In this document: piece by piece, positions 10,583 through 21,375 of the stretch | Numbering within the stretch: the first letter of the stretch is position 1 | Layout of the letters: every line of letters starts with the position of its first letter | Assembly (NCBI GenBank): GCA_963749495.1 | Contig: CAVVMW010000001.1 | Coordinates: 352,001-416,000, forward strand | DNA length: 64,000 nt | Reading direction: 5' to 3' | Source of the DNA: an uncultured bacterium | Lineage (GTDB): Bacteria; Verrucomicrobiota; Verrucomicrobiia; Limisphaerales; UBA8199 | Made by a program: the position numbers and the translations under genes | The notes under the pieces: generated by a model | Database searches by the model: none | Told to the model about the DNA's origin: nothing | What the model saw: only the letters and a program-made list of their open reading frames with translations

Positions 10583-12712
10583 ATGAAGTCCCCTCCATTC
10601 CTCCTGGGCGCGGCGCTTCTGTTCTGGGGCTGGTCGACGGGCTTTTTGGCCATGGGGGTGCTGATGGCGGCAGTGCTCGAGGGGGCGCGCTGGGTTGGGG
10701 CGCGCTGGGAAGTGACGGAGCGGGATTTCGATCGCATCTGGGCCTTCTGCTCGGTGCTCCTGCTGGCAGCGGCGGTGTATGCCTTCAACGCCAACGACGG
10801 TGTGGCGGAGTTTCGGGGTTTTCTTCGGAACCCGAATCTGTTCGGCCGGCAGAACACGGGGATGGCCAGTTCGCGGACGGTGGCGTCGGTGATGCGGTGG
10901 CTGCCGATGATCTATTTCCTGCTGGCCGGGGCGCAGGCCTACGGCTCCCGCCAGGGAGTGCCGCTGGAGAGCGTCTCGTTCATCGCGCGCCGACGGGCGA
11001 GAACGGCCAGGAAGCTGGGGCTGCCCCCGTCGCCGCCGCGTCTGGTGGACCTGACCTACCCTTACTTCGGCCTGTGCCTCCTGGGGGCCAGCTATCATGT
11101 GAGCGAGGACACGACTTTCTTCTGGGGCATGGCGGTTCTGCTGGCCTGGGCGCTCTGGCCGAGGCGATCGCAGCGGTTCGGGATGGCGGCCTGGGTTGCC
11201 GCGCTCGCGGCCGCCATCACGCTGGGGTATTGGGGGCAGCATGGCCTGGGCAACCTGCAGCGCTACGTCCTGAGTCTGAACCCGGGCTGGTTCTTCAGGC
11301 CCGGCCGCCATGGATTCGATCCGACCCAGAGCCGGACGGAACTGGGCCAGGTGGGCCGGTCCAAGAAGTCCGGGAGGATCGTCATCCGCCTGGAACCCAA
11401 GGAGGGCCGCGTTGCTCCGGGGCTGCTGCGGGCCGCCAGCTACAACGGTTTCAGGGCGTCGGTTTGGCACGCGGAGGCCACCGAAGATCAGTTCGACGAG
11501 GTGCGGGCCGAGAACAACGGCATCGATCAAAACAGCTATGTGCTGCTGCGCGGCAAGGTCAACCTGGCCCGCGTGAGCATCGCCTGTTACGTGCCGGGCG
11601 GCAAGGGGTTGCTCCCCCTGCCCACCGGCGCCGCCCGGCTCGAAAACCTCGTCGCCTTTCTCTTCCGAACCAACAGGCTGGGCGCGGCGCTCGAGGAAGG
11701 GCCTGGCCTGGTCATCTTCGATGCCTGGTACGGGCCGGGACGGACTTTCGATTCCCCCGCCGGCGTCAATGACCTTCGCCAGGCCCCGGACCGGGAAGCG
11801 GCCGCCCTCGATGAGGTCATTTCCGAACTCAATCTCCAGGGCAAGGGCCTGGGCGAGGTCCTGCCCGCCCTGCAGACCTTCTTCCAGGACAAGTTCGCCT
11901 ACGGCTACTGGGACCAGCACGACCGCATCACCGGCACCAACCAAACGCCTTTGAGCCGTTTCCTGTTGCACACCCGCCGCGGCCATTGCGAATACTTCGC
12001 CACCGCCACCGTCCTGCTCCTGCGCCGGCTCAATTTCCCCACCCGCTACGCCGTTGGCTATGCCGTCCACGAACCCGCCGCGCGCGGCTATGTCGTGCGT
12101 GAGCGCGACGCTCACGCCTGGTGCCTGGTCTGGCGCGATGGGACCTGGCAGGACTTCGACACCACGCCCCTATCCTGGATCCAGGCCGAGGAACAGCGCG
12201 CCTCCCCCTTGCAGTTCCTCTCGGACATCTGGTCCCGCGTCTGGTTCGAGTTCTCGAAGTTCTTCTGGGGCCAGGGCAATCTGCGCCGCTACATCTTCTG
12301 GTCCTTGTTCCCCGTGCTGGGCGTGCTGCTCATTCAGATTGTCTTGCGCCTGAGCCGCCAGCGCCGCCGCCTCCGCCGCGAAGAACCTGAGCCGGTCGCC
12401 TGGCCCGGCCTGGACTCCGAACTCTATCAACTGGAACGAGTCTTCGCCCGGCGCGGGCTGGCGCGCCACTCCAGCGAGCCGCTTTCCCACTGGCTGGGCC
12501 GCGCTGCCGCCGATCCCGCCCTGGCTGACGCGCGCGGCCCCCTGCAAGACCTCCTCCGCCTGCATTACCGCTATCGCTTCGACCCCCTGGGCCTCAGCCC
12601 CTCCGAACGCGAGGCCCTCCGCCTCGAGGCGCGAGCGTGCCTGGCCAGGCTCGGCCGCGCAAACGGACCTGCCGGGCGCATAACGACTGTACCACCGGAG
12701 CGCGGACTTTAG
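10583..12712 (+). CDS. Membrane transglutaminase-like domain protein (TgpA-like)
   Basis: Multiple TM helices; catalytic motifs GHCEYFATA, DAHAW, DFDTTP; third gene of the MoxR-DUF58-TG operon. Confidence 0.9.
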   Translation: MKSPPFLLGAALLFWGWSTGFLAMGVLMAAVLEGARWVGARWEVTERDFDRIWAFCSVLLLAAAVYAFNANDGVAEFRGFLRNPNLFGRQNTGMASSRTVASVMRWLPMIYFLLAGAQAYGSRQGVPLESVSFIARRRARTARKLGLPPSPPRLVDLTYPYFGLCLLGASYHVSEDTTFFWGMAVLLAWALWPRRSQRFGMAAWVAALAAAITLGYWGQHGLGNLQRYVLSLNPGWFFRPGRHGFDPTQSRTELGQVGRSKKSGRIVIRLEPKEGRVAPGLLRAASYNGFRASVWHAEATEDQFDEVRAENNGIDQNSYVLLRGKVNLARVSIACYVPGGKGLLPLPTGAARLENLVAFLFRTNRLGAALEEGPGLVIFDAWYGPGRTFDSPAGVNDLRQAPDREAAALDEVISELNLQGKGLGEVLPALQTFFQDKFAYGYWDQHDRITGTNQTPLSRFLLHTRRGHCEYFATATVLLLRRLNFPTRYAVGYAVHEPAARGYVVRERDAHAWCLVWRDGTWQDFDTTPLSWIQAEEQRASPLQFLSDIWSRVWFEFSKFFWGQGNLRRYIFWSLFPVLGVLLIQIVLRLSRQRRRLRREEPEPVAWPGLDSELYQLERVFARRGLARHSSEPLSHWLGRAAADPALADARGPLQDLLRLHYRYRFDPLGLSPSEREALRLEARACLARLGRANGPAGRITTVPPERGL

Positions 12713-12853
12713 TCCGATTGGGCCACGGGCGTCGAAGCCTCTGGCCGCGTGGGTCAATCCGAAGGTGGAATACCACGACTTGCGTCTCCAGTTCGCTGGC
12801 TGAAACCCGATCCAGCTCAGGAACGCATGCAGCCATGCAACCACCGCCGAACT

Positions 12854-15800
12854 CTAGCCCCCGCCATTCCTGAGGGCGTGGCCGACAGTCTGATCGGCGG
12901 TCGACAACGCCCTGCCTTGGTTGCGGTCATACACATCGATGAGCAGGCCAATCGCGTCCCGCATTTCCGGATGTTGCCTCTCCAGAATGGCGGCATCTCG
13001 GTTGTTTCGCAGATATTCCATGGCCAACAAATGCGGCTTGCAGTACCGTCGGGCATCCTCAAGTCTGGCAAACAGGAAATCCAACATTCTGCTAACTTTA
13101 TCGAGGTCCCCAAACTCAAAGGCCGACCGGAGGACTGAGTGGACGATTCTCCATTTGGTTCCTGTGGACCTCTCGCGCCAATCGCGCAACAGAGCCTCGA
13201 GGACCTGGTCCATTTCAGCGACTGGTCTGGCCATTGAGATAAGCCCTAAGGCAGCCGCAACGGTGACGCGAACGACCGCATCCTTATCCCGCAGCGCTTC
13301 GACAAGAGGCGGTACCGCCTCCGGCAAGCCCATCCTTCCCAGCGCCTTCGCCGCGCTGCCCCGGACATTGGGCGCCATATCTCTCATGGCCTCAAGCAAC
13401 TGCGGAACTCCTTGGAGTGAACCAATCCGGCCCAGTGCCGTCGCTGCGCTGCCCCGGACAATGGGATCCTCGTCCCGCAGAGCTTCGAGCAACTGGCGGA
13501 GGGATTCCGCTGAACCAATCCTCCCCAGTGCCGTCGCTGCGCTGCCCCGGACACCCGGATACTGGTCCCGCAGGGCTTCGATTAACTGCGGGACCGCCGC
13601 CGCTGAACCAATCCTCCCCAACGCTGTCGCTGCGTTGGCACGAGCAATCGGATCTTGATCCCGCAAGGCTTCGAGCAATTGGGGGACCGCTGCTGCTGAA
13701 CCCATCTTCCCCAGTGCCGTCGCTGCGCTAGCACGGGCGATCGGATCTTGATCCTGCAAGGCTTCGAGTAGCTGAGGGACCGCTGCGGCTGAACCGATCC
13801 TCCCGAGCGCCGTCACTGTCCTACCGCGAACCATCCGTTCCGGATCCCGCAGGGCTTCGAGTAGCCGTGGAACTGCTGCGGCTGAACCGATCCTCCCGAG
13901 CGCCGTTGCCACCCCGGCACGAACCCTCGGATCCTCATCCCCCAAGCCATCGAGTAGTCCCGGCACCGCTGCTCCTGAACCGGTCCTCCCTAGGGCTTTC
14001 GCTACAGCACCACGGACGAACGGGTCTTGATCCCGGAGCCCTTCGAGCAACTTCCGTACTGCTTCCGGTGAAGCAGTCCTCCCTAGGGCTTTCACCGCGC
14101 TGCCACGAACAATCGAATCCTGATCCCGCAGGGCGTCGAGTAGCTGCGGGACGGATTCCGCTGAACCGATCCTCCCAAGTGCCGTGGCAGCGCTGCCCCG
14201 GACATTCGGATCCTGGTTCCGCAGGGCTTCGAGTAGCTGCTGGACGGATTCTGCTGAACCGATCCTCCCCAGTGCGGTCGCCGCGCTGGCACGAGTAATC
14301 CGATCCTGATCTCGCAAGGCCTCGAGTAACTGCGGGACCGCTTCTGCTGAACCGATCCTCCCCAGCGCGGTGGCTGCACTGCCGCGGACAACGGCATGCT
14401 GATCCCGCAGGGCTTCGAGGAGCTGCGGGACGGATTCCGCTGAACCGATCCTCCCCAGTGCCGTGGCGGCGCTACCCCGGACATCCGGCGCCTCATCGCG
14501 TAAGGCTTCGAGCAGATGGGGAACTGCCTCGGTTGAGCCAAGCTCTCCCAGCGCCGTGGCTGCGCTTCCTCGAACGTGTGAGGCTTCGTGCCGGAGCCCC
14601 TTCACTAGGACGCGGAACGCTCGGGACCAGCCCGGCTTCATCGGCAGATCGGGTGGCAAGAAGGGTTGCCAATCTACATCCCAAGCTTGGCCTGGCTTCG
14701 TCTGGCCCTCCGAGGCTGCTCTTCTTGCCTGAGCGGCCTCGAATAATTCCTGCGGATAATGCTTAGCTTTGTGGATGAGCAAATCGAGCTTGCGAGATGA
14801 CTTCTCGTCTAAATCGGAGATCTCGACCAAATACTCCAAAAGCTCTGTTGAGTTGTGCGCCCTCTCTCGATCATGTCCGGATATGCCCTTCTCGAATTCA
14901 CGGGTCAGATCTTCCCAGGCATGGTCCCGCTCCCCTTTTGTCGCATACCAGTGCGTGAAAAATTCCAGGAGGTATTGCACCCGTCCCTTGGCCTCCCGGG
15001 AATGGTTCATTTGGTGCCAGATGCGGAATAGACGCTCTGGGATCATGTAGGTCGTTTGTTTTTTCTGACGGGTTCCCCGGCGCACGTAGCCCGCGCCTTC
15101 CAGTCGGGCCAACTGAGCGCGCAAGGTGGCGGGTTCCAGGCGAGCGTGCCGCGCGAGTTCGGTCGGGGTGCACCCTTCCGGCAAGAGCGCCATCGCTTCC
15201 AATACCTTGCCGGCCTGCTCGCCCACGTCTTTCATTCGGCTCTGGTAGAAAGGGGTGATTTGATCCAGCAGGAGCGACAGTTCAGTCTGAACCCCGCTGA
15301 TGTCGTGATCGCCCACCAATTCGTAGAGCATTACCGAAAGCCGGGGATTACCTCCGGTGAAGTGATACAGCGCGCGCAGGCGGGATTGATATTGGTCCAG
15401 ATACCGGGCGAACACTTCGTTGCCGCGCCATGCGGCCAGCTTGTGGAACATCTCCCGCTGCTCCTCCTGGCTGAGTTCGCCCAACGGTTTAACGTGAAAG
15501 AACTCAAAGAGAGGTTGATCGGGATCAGCCACCGCGTTCAAGTAGGTGGGTGATGAACAGAGGAGGGTAAGCCACTCCTCCTCCAGAAGAATTTTTCGCA
15601 GCAGGTGGATTTCCGACTTCTGCCTTATCTGCCCCTCCAGCAACCGGTCCAGGTTCTCTATTATCAACACAATGCCTTTGTTGCTCGTTCGGTGATACTG
15701 GCGCAAGGCATCCAATGCACGGTCTATGACGCGGGCTCCATCATCCTCAAACTCGATGTCGCGCAGTACCTGTTCGATCAACGCGTCCTCGGTTTCGGCG

Positions 15801-16117
15801 TGCAGGAACCGGAGCACCTCGATGACCAGATCAGCGACCCCGGTGACGCGGTAGGTTTCCTCGGGTAAGAGGATGGGCTGCCACTTGACCGAGAGCGCGG
15901 CATCATGCAGAATCCGATGCCGGATCACGCAAAGCAGATGTGTCTTGCCGATGCCTCGCGGGCCGATGAACAGGTAGTGCTGGCGCGTTGAACCCGGGTC
16001 CCATCTCCCCAGCCGCCGAAGCACTTCCCCGAGCAGAGGTTCGCGCCCGACGAGCACAGCCTCCAGGTCTTGCGGGCGCGATTGGTGCGGGCGGAAACAA
16101 TGGAGGGCGCCGGTCAT
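12854..16117 (-). CDS. P-loop ATPase + winged HTH + 15 HEAT-like (PBS lyase/alphaRep-type) repeats
   Basis: Walker A GPRGIGKT, Walker B-like LIIENLD, GGNPRL, HTH (TPTELARHARLEPATLRAQLARLE), 31-aa repeats like DQDPxVRGSAATALGRIGSAEAVPQLLEALR. Confidence 0.88.
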   Translation of the reverse strand: MTGALHCFRPHQSRPQDLEAVLVGREPLLGEVLRRLGRWDPGSTRQHYLFIGPRGIGKTHLLCVIRHRILHDAALSVKWQPILLPEETYRVTGVADLVIEVLRFLHAETEDALIEQVLRDIEFEDDGARVIDRALDALRQYHRTSNKGIVLIIENLDRLLEGQIRQKSEIHLLRKILLEEEWLTLLCSSPTYLNAVADPDQPLFEFFHVKPLGELSQEEQREMFHKLAAWRGNEVFARYLDQYQSRLRALYHFTGGNPRLSVMLYELVGDHDISGVQTELSLLLDQITPFYQSRMKDVGEQAGKVLEAMALLPEGCTPTELARHARLEPATLRAQLARLEGAGYVRRGTRQKKQTTYMIPERLFRIWHQMNHSREAKGRVQYLLEFFTHWYATKGERDHAWEDLTREFEKGISGHDRERAHNSTELLEYLVEISDLDEKSSRKLDLLIHKAKHYPQELFEAAQARRAASEGQTKPGQAWDVDWQPFLPPDLPMKPGWSRAFRVLVKGLRHEASHVRGSAATALGELGSTEAVPHLLEALRDEAPDVRGSAATALGRIGSAESVPQLLEALRDQHAVVRGSAATALGRIGSAEAVPQLLEALRDQDRITRASAATALGRIGSAESVQQLLEALRNQDPNVRGSAATALGRIGSAESVPQLLDALRDQDSIVRGSAVKALGRTASPEAVRKLLEGLRDQDPFVRGAVAKALGRTGSGAAVPGLLDGLGDEDPRVRAGVATALGRIGSAAAVPRLLEALRDPERMVRGRTVTALGRIGSAAAVPQLLEALQDQDPIARASAATALGKMGSAAAVPQLLEALRDQDPIARANAATALGRIGSAAAVPQLIEALRDQYPGVRGSAATALGRIGSAESLRQLLEALRDEDPIVRGSAATALGRIGSLQGVPQLLEAMRDMAPNVRGSAAKALGRMGLPEAVPPLVEALRDKDAVVRVTVAAALGLISMARPVAEMDQVLEALLRDWRERSTGTKWRIVHSVLRSAFEFGDLDKVSRMLDFLFARLEDARRYCKPHLLAMEYLRNNRDAAILERQHPEMRDAIGLLIDVYDRNQGRALSTADQTVGHALRNGGG

Positions 16118-16120
16118 AGC

Positions 16121-17333
16121 TCACTCACGTTGAAAGCCGTAATGCGTGCGCCACCAGAGTTGGAGAACCCGGCTGTGGAAACCGCAACGACCTCTTTGGT
16201 TGACGATGTAAAAATCGTTATCGAGCTTGTTGATCAAGCGGCTGAAATCTTCCTCTGAAGCGGGGCCATGCGGAAGGTTTGTGGCCTTGAGGAAGGTTTG
16301 ATAAACCACGTCGATGCGAACAGGTCGATTGCTCCGAGACAGGACACCGAGGATGGCCTTGGCGGCTTGGCCTTGGGGACCTGGATAGTACTGGCCAATC
16401 CGGCTGCGATAATGTGAAAACACGGCGGATGTCGCCCCGCCCAGGAGGTCCTGTTCAAACGCGGCTCGGACCAAGTCAACTGTTAATTCCGACTGTGTGG
16501 CCCGGCGGCGGTCGAGAATCGCACTCAGGAAAACCGCCAAGAGGTAAGGAATTGGCATGCCAACCAGCTCAAGAATGGCCTCACGGACCTGCCTCGGGAG
16601 TTGAACCGCGTGGCTTGCGAAGATCTCATCCACGAAGGCCCCCGCGGTTTCAGGGGAAAAGGGCTTCAGACGTTCCAAGTGCAGGTCATTCACTGTATCT
16701 ACCAACCCGTGGGCGTCGAGCGTTGCTACAAGATTGATCGAACTGCTGATGACGAAACGTGTTTGGGTGTCGGGCGCGATTCTTGCCGCGCGGAACCAGC
16801 GGAGGAACTGTTTGGCCTCGTTGGCGTCCCGATCGAGGATGCTTTCGACCATAATCGCCAGTTCGTCGATCAGCAACAGCACCCGGTGGTCGCTCTTGGC
16901 CAGGATGGCCATCAGCCGGTCACCTGTACGTTGTCCAATGCCGCGGAATGTCCGTATGCTCGCGCAGCTTTATCTTGAGCGAACCGACCTCGATTTCCTC
17001 CGGGAGTTTTCGGAAGAACCCACCGATTTCTTTGGTTTCCTTGCGCAGGAATTCCAGTACCCGCCCGAACCTTCGGTCACGCAGGAGTGCGGCGAGCAGT
17101 TCCACCATGAAGTCAGCAGCCGAGAGCACCGGCTCAACATTGATATAAACGGGGTTAAAGCCGGGGCGGGGATCGTCCAAAAGCCGATACATGGCACTGG
17201 TTTTTCCAAACCGACGCGGTGCAACCAGCAGGACATTCGTTTTCTGGACCCTGCCCCACAGCGATTCAACCAGCGCCTGTTGCCCGAAATAGTCGGCGCC
17301 TCGAGCAGCGCTTCCAACAACCAAGTCCGTCAT
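16121..17333 (-). CDS. AAA/STAND-like ATP-binding protein, split by a 1-nt frameshift near 16925
   Basis: Walker A APRRFGKTS in 16920-17333 and Walker B LLLIDE in 16121-16912; removing one base gives continuous WTTYGDRLMAIL. Confidence 0.85.
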
Positions 17334-17835
17334 AACGAAGGCACCCTACAACCGCGGAATCTGTTACGCAACAGTTTTGTTGCGTAACCGAATGGTTACA
17401 CATTGAGGGCTCTGCTGCAGCAAAACCGCAAATAGCCCCCTGCCGAGTGACAGGAGCCTTCACGTCGCCAAGGCGATCAAGTCCGGCCCATCCTCTTTTA
17501 CCGGAGCGCGGGGATCGTGTGCCTGGCCTTTGTGGTCCGCTGACGGCCGCCTGGCTGGCGGAGGCCCTTCGCCGGGGCGTCCGTTGGCCTTGGCCCGCCT
17601 GGTAGTCCCGGCGGCCTGCTCTTGCCGCTGGGGCGGAATGCCCTGGACCAGGCGGCGGTGGCGGGCGGGCGCCGTAAGCGGACTAAAGAGGCTGCGCTCC
17701 GATCCCCTGGCATTCGGGCGCGATAGCACAGGCGATGCGCCAAGACCCGTCTGACTCGCCTGGATTTCCTTTGCGCGCTCGGGCGCGTCCGGCTACGCTG
17801 TCCGGCGGACAAACAAACAAGCGAAAGGATTTGGC

Positions 17836-19632
17836 ATGTGGCGAGTGCAACTGATCGCGGCCGCCCTCCTGGCGGCGGCTGGAGTTGGAGCGGCGCAGGA
17901 CACCGGTTCGGCTTCGAGTGTGGCGGCGGTCCGCCAGGCCGCCGGGGCCTGGCGCGCCGAACACCGCATCATCGACCTCCATCAGCACATCGATTGCACG
18001 ACCCAGCACCTGGCTCGCGCCATAAAGATCATGGACGCCGCAGGGGTGGGCCTGGCCGTCAACCTCAGCGGCGGCACGGTCACGCGGCCCAAGGACGGCG
18101 GGCCGAGCGAGTTCGAGCGCAACAAGAAGCTGGCCGACTCGCTCTACCCGGGGCGTTTCCTGTTTTACATGAACCTGGATTACCAGAATTGGGACCAGCC
18201 TGACTTCGCCCAGCAGGCGGTCAAACAGGTCGAAGATGCCTGTCGGCTCGGGGCCGCCGGGTGGAAGGAGTTCAAGCGTCTGGGGCTCTACGTGCGGGAC
18301 GGCGCCGGCAATCTGATCAAGGTGGATGACCCGAAGCTCGACCCCATGTGGAAGCGCCTGGGCGAGCTGGGCATGCCGGTCTCCATCCACGTGGCCGATC
18401 CCAAGGCCTTCTGGCTGCCCTACAACGAAACGAACGAGCGATGGAAGGAACTCAAGGACCACAAGAACTGGTGGTTCGGCGACACCAACAAATTCCCGCC
18501 CTGGAAAGAACTCCTGGAGTCGCTCAATCGCGTCATCGCCCGCCACCCGGAAACCACGTTCGTCTGCGTCCACTTCGCCAACAATTCCGAAGAACTCGAT
18601 TGGGTGGACGCGTCGCTGGCCCGCTACCCGAACATGATGGCAGACCTGGCCGCCCGCATCCCCGAGATCGGACGGCATGACCCGCAGCAGGTCCACCGCC
18701 TCTTCGTCAAGCACCAGGACCGGATCCTCTTCGGCACCGATTTCCAGGTCGTCTTCGACAACCTCAAGCTCATCCTGGGCTCCAGCGGCAGCGAACCCCT
18801 GCCCGCCGATGCCGATGCCGAGGTGTTCTTCGCCAAGGAATGGCGCTGGCTGGAGACCTGGGACAAAAACTGGCCGCACATGACACCCATCCAGGGCGAT
18901 TGGACCATCAGCTCCATCGGCCTGCCCGCAGCCGTGCTGCGGAAGATCTATTTCGACAATGCCCGCAAGCTCCTCGCCCGTTCCCTGCCCTTGCCCGTCG
19001 TCAAGGCCCGCCACACCACACGCGACTTCGAGCCCGACGGCGACCTGGCCAAGGCCATCTGGCAGACCGCCGCCCCGGCCCGCCTCGAGTGCGTCTGCCG
19101 CGACGGCAGCGTCCGCCCCGAGCTCTCGACCTCCGTGCGCATCCTTTGGTCAGCAGACTTCCTCTACCTGGGCTATGAGTGCCCCTGCGCCAAGCTCACC
19201 GTCTTCGACCCGCCGCAGTTCGACCGCAAGCGCTTCTCCCTGGTCCAGGACCGCGTCAGCCTCTGGGACCGCGATGTCGTCGAGGCCTTCATCGGGACCG
19301 ACCCGGACCAGCCCCGGCATTATGGCGAGTTCGAGGTGGCGCCCACCAACGAACGCCTCGACCTCATGGTGAGCCTGCCCGACAAGGACTTCCAGTGGGA
19401 GAGCCATTTCAGCTCCGCCACGCGCGTCAACCTCAAGGCCGGCCTCTGGACCTGTGAGATGCGCATCCCGCTCAGGGCCTTGTGCGCCTCCCCGCCTCAC
19501 GCCGGCTCCCGTTGGCGGCTCAATCTGTTCCGCGCCGACCGCGCCCACCAGGCCTTTATGGCGTGGAGCCCGACCCTCACCGGCAGCGCCCACACGCCCG
19601 AGCGGTTCGGCACGCTGGAGTTTGTGGAGTAG
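17836..19632 (+). CDS. Secreted amidohydrolase family 2 protein with C-terminal CBM9-like sugar-binding domain
   Basis: Signal peptide, IDLHQH, IHVADP, ILFGTD; C-terminal WDRDVVEAFI...WRLNLFR...HTPERFG. Confidence 0.82.
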   Translation: MWRVQLIAAALLAAAGVGAAQDTGSASSVAAVRQAAGAWRAEHRIIDLHQHIDCTTQHLARAIKIMDAAGVGLAVNLSGGTVTRPKDGGPSEFERNKKLADSLYPGRFLFYMNLDYQNWDQPDFAQQAVKQVEDACRLGAAGWKEFKRLGLYVRDGAGNLIKVDDPKLDPMWKRLGELGMPVSIHVADPKAFWLPYNETNERWKELKDHKNWWFGDTNKFPPWKELLESLNRVIARHPETTFVCVHFANNSEELDWVDASLARYPNMMADLAARIPEIGRHDPQQVHRLFVKHQDRILFGTDFQVVFDNLKLILGSSGSEPLPADADAEVFFAKEWRWLETWDKNWPHMTPIQGDWTISSIGLPAAVLRKIYFDNARKLLARSLPLPVVKARHTTRDFEPDGDLAKAIWQTAAPARLECVCRDGSVRPELSTSVRILWSADFLYLGYECPCAKLTVFDPPQFDRKRFSLVQDRVSLWDRDVVEAFIGTDPDQPRHYGEFEVAPTNERLDLMVSLPDKDFQWESHFSSATRVNLKAGLWTCEMRIPLRALCASPPHAGSRWRLNLFRADRAHQAFMAWSPTLTGSAHTPERFGTLEFVE

Positions 19633-19864
19633 CTGCCAAAACCGCGCAACGGAGGGGTAAGCCGTCAGTGAAGCCGGAGGGAGAGTCCCCTGCTGACCCC
19701 TCACCCCGGCCCTCTCCCCTTCCGAAGGGGAGAGGGAGAAGCGCCGGCGGTCTCTTGAACTTCCGCGCGTCTGTGCTTGCTCGATCCGCGACGGGGAACT
19801 CTCCCTCTCCCCATTCGATGGGGAGAGGGCCGGGGTGAGGGGTCCGACGCCTTACCAGGCAAGG

Positions 19865-20212
19865 TCAGCGGTCGGACCGGTCGGACCGGGGCCCGCGTGA
19901 GGGGCTGTCCGGCTTGCGTGCAGGGCCCTGGCGGCGCGGTTTGGATTTGGCATCGGCGGCAATCTGGTTGAGGGTGGCGTGGAAGAGATTGCGTTGTTCC
20001 TCGAGGTTGCGGCGCTGGAGCGCCCGCAGTTCCCGGACCGCCAGGATAATCGCGACACCGGTCAAGCCCAGGCAGCCTGTCCAATAGAGCAGGAAACTCA
20101 AGGCATCAAACCGTTGCGCGAGCACAGTCTGGCCCACCGCCAGCATAGCCAGGGCGGCGCCCAGGGCCAAACCGCCCAACCAGCGGCGGCGGGGTGTAGG
20201 CTCCGGACTCAT
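19865..20212 (-). CDS. Small two-TM hypothetical membrane protein
   Basis: Two hydrophobic helices then a charged coiled tail; convergent with the amidohydrolase gene. Confidence 0.6.
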   Translation of the reverse strand: MSPEPTPRRRWLGGLALGAALAMLAVGQTVLAQRFDALSFLLYWTGCLGLTGVAIILAVRELRALQRRNLEEQRNLFHATLNQIAADAKSKPRRQGPARKPDSPSRGPRSDRSDR

Positions 20213-20745
20213 GGCGCAACCATACCACGGCAGCCGCAGGGTGGGTAGGACAATTGGCGGCTGGGCAGGCGCTCACAAAGGACGAATGACGAATGACGAA
20301 TGACGAATGACGAATGAGCGGTTGGCGCGAAGCCATGATTACTTCGACAATGTTAGATTTCCTCGCAAACAGGCTGAACGAGCCCGAGTCCTGTCCCGGA
20401 GGGACATCCGAGAATAGCCCAACGTTTCAACGTTGGGTTCACCCGCACCGAATGATCATGAGTCCCGAAAGGGACGGCTGAAACCAACCGTCTTTTCAGC
20501 CGTCCCTACGGGACTTTTTCCCCCGTGGCGGCTAAACCCAACGTTGAAACGTTGGGCTATTGTCAAGTGTCCCTCCGGGACAAGGCTGACCACGCTGGCT
20601 GCGCTTCCGAGGAAATCTAACAATCTAACATTGTCCGACTACTTACTATTTGTCCATTGCAGTCCAATCGAGTAGAATGGGGCATTGCAGGTAACGGGTG
20701 ACTCTCGAGTGCGAGTGCGAATTCCAACTCTAATCAAGGACGACT

Positions 20746-21138
20746 ATGCAAATCACAAAACAACTGGCGATCTTCCTGGACAACCGTCCCGGCACCTTGG
20801 CAAGCGTCGCCGACGCCCTGGCCGAGGCCAAGATCAACATCTATGCCATTATGACTAGCGACACGGTGGATCATACCGTGATTCGCCTGGTCGTGAGCGA
20901 TTATCGCAGGGCGTTGCACCTGTTCGAGGAGCACGGGACTCTGGTCGTCGAAGATGACGTGCTCATGTTCGAGGGGAGCAACAAACCGGGTGAACTGGCC
21001 CAGGTCGCCCACAAGCTGGCGGAGGCCAGGATCAACATCGAGTATTGCTACAGCGCCACGATGCCGGACGCCAAGAAGGGACTGCTCGTCCTGCGCGTCT
21101 CCAATCCCACCAAGGCCCTGGAAGTGCTCAACTCGTGA
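20746..21138 (+). CDS. Tandem ACT domain protein
   Basis: QLAIFLDNRPGTLA and NKPGELAQVAHKLAEARINIEYCY. Confidence 0.9.
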   Translation: MQITKQLAIFLDNRPGTLASVADALAEAKINIYAIMTSDTVDHTVIRLVVSDYRRALHLFEEHGTLVVEDDVLMFEGSNKPGELAQVAHKLAEARINIEYCYSATMPDAKKGLLVLRVSNPTKALEVLNS

Positions 21139-21227
21139 TTCGCTCGGACCCTGTGGCACCGGCATCCTCGTGGCGGCGGCATCCTGCCTGCGCCGTGGTG
21201 CATGGGACGTTGAGTGACTTTCGGGAC

Positions 21228-21308
21228 CTTTGTCGCAGCCTTTGTCGCAGCCTTTGTCGAAAGCCGGCCCAATCCGACAAAGGCTGCGACAAAGGCTGCG
21301 ACAAAGGT
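21228..21308. repeat. Inverted (ctttgtcgcagc)n / (gcgacaaagg)n repeat family D; also at 2928-2960, 24330-24412, 53278-53360
   Basis: Directly visible 12-bp units in head-to-head arrangement. Confidence 0.85.
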
Positions 21309-21375
21309 CCCAAGATCATCCAAGGTCCGGCGCCGTGTGCCTGCGCTCTGCGGCCCCGAGTTTGCTCAACTCCCC

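Noticed and set aside
13200..14590. 93-bp periodic DNA repeats as a CRISPR array
   Set aside because: In-frame HEAT-repeat coding sequence with no repeat-spacer structure
16912..16930. Programmed frameshift in the ATPase gene
   Set aside because: No slippery sequence, and similar indels occur throughout the window
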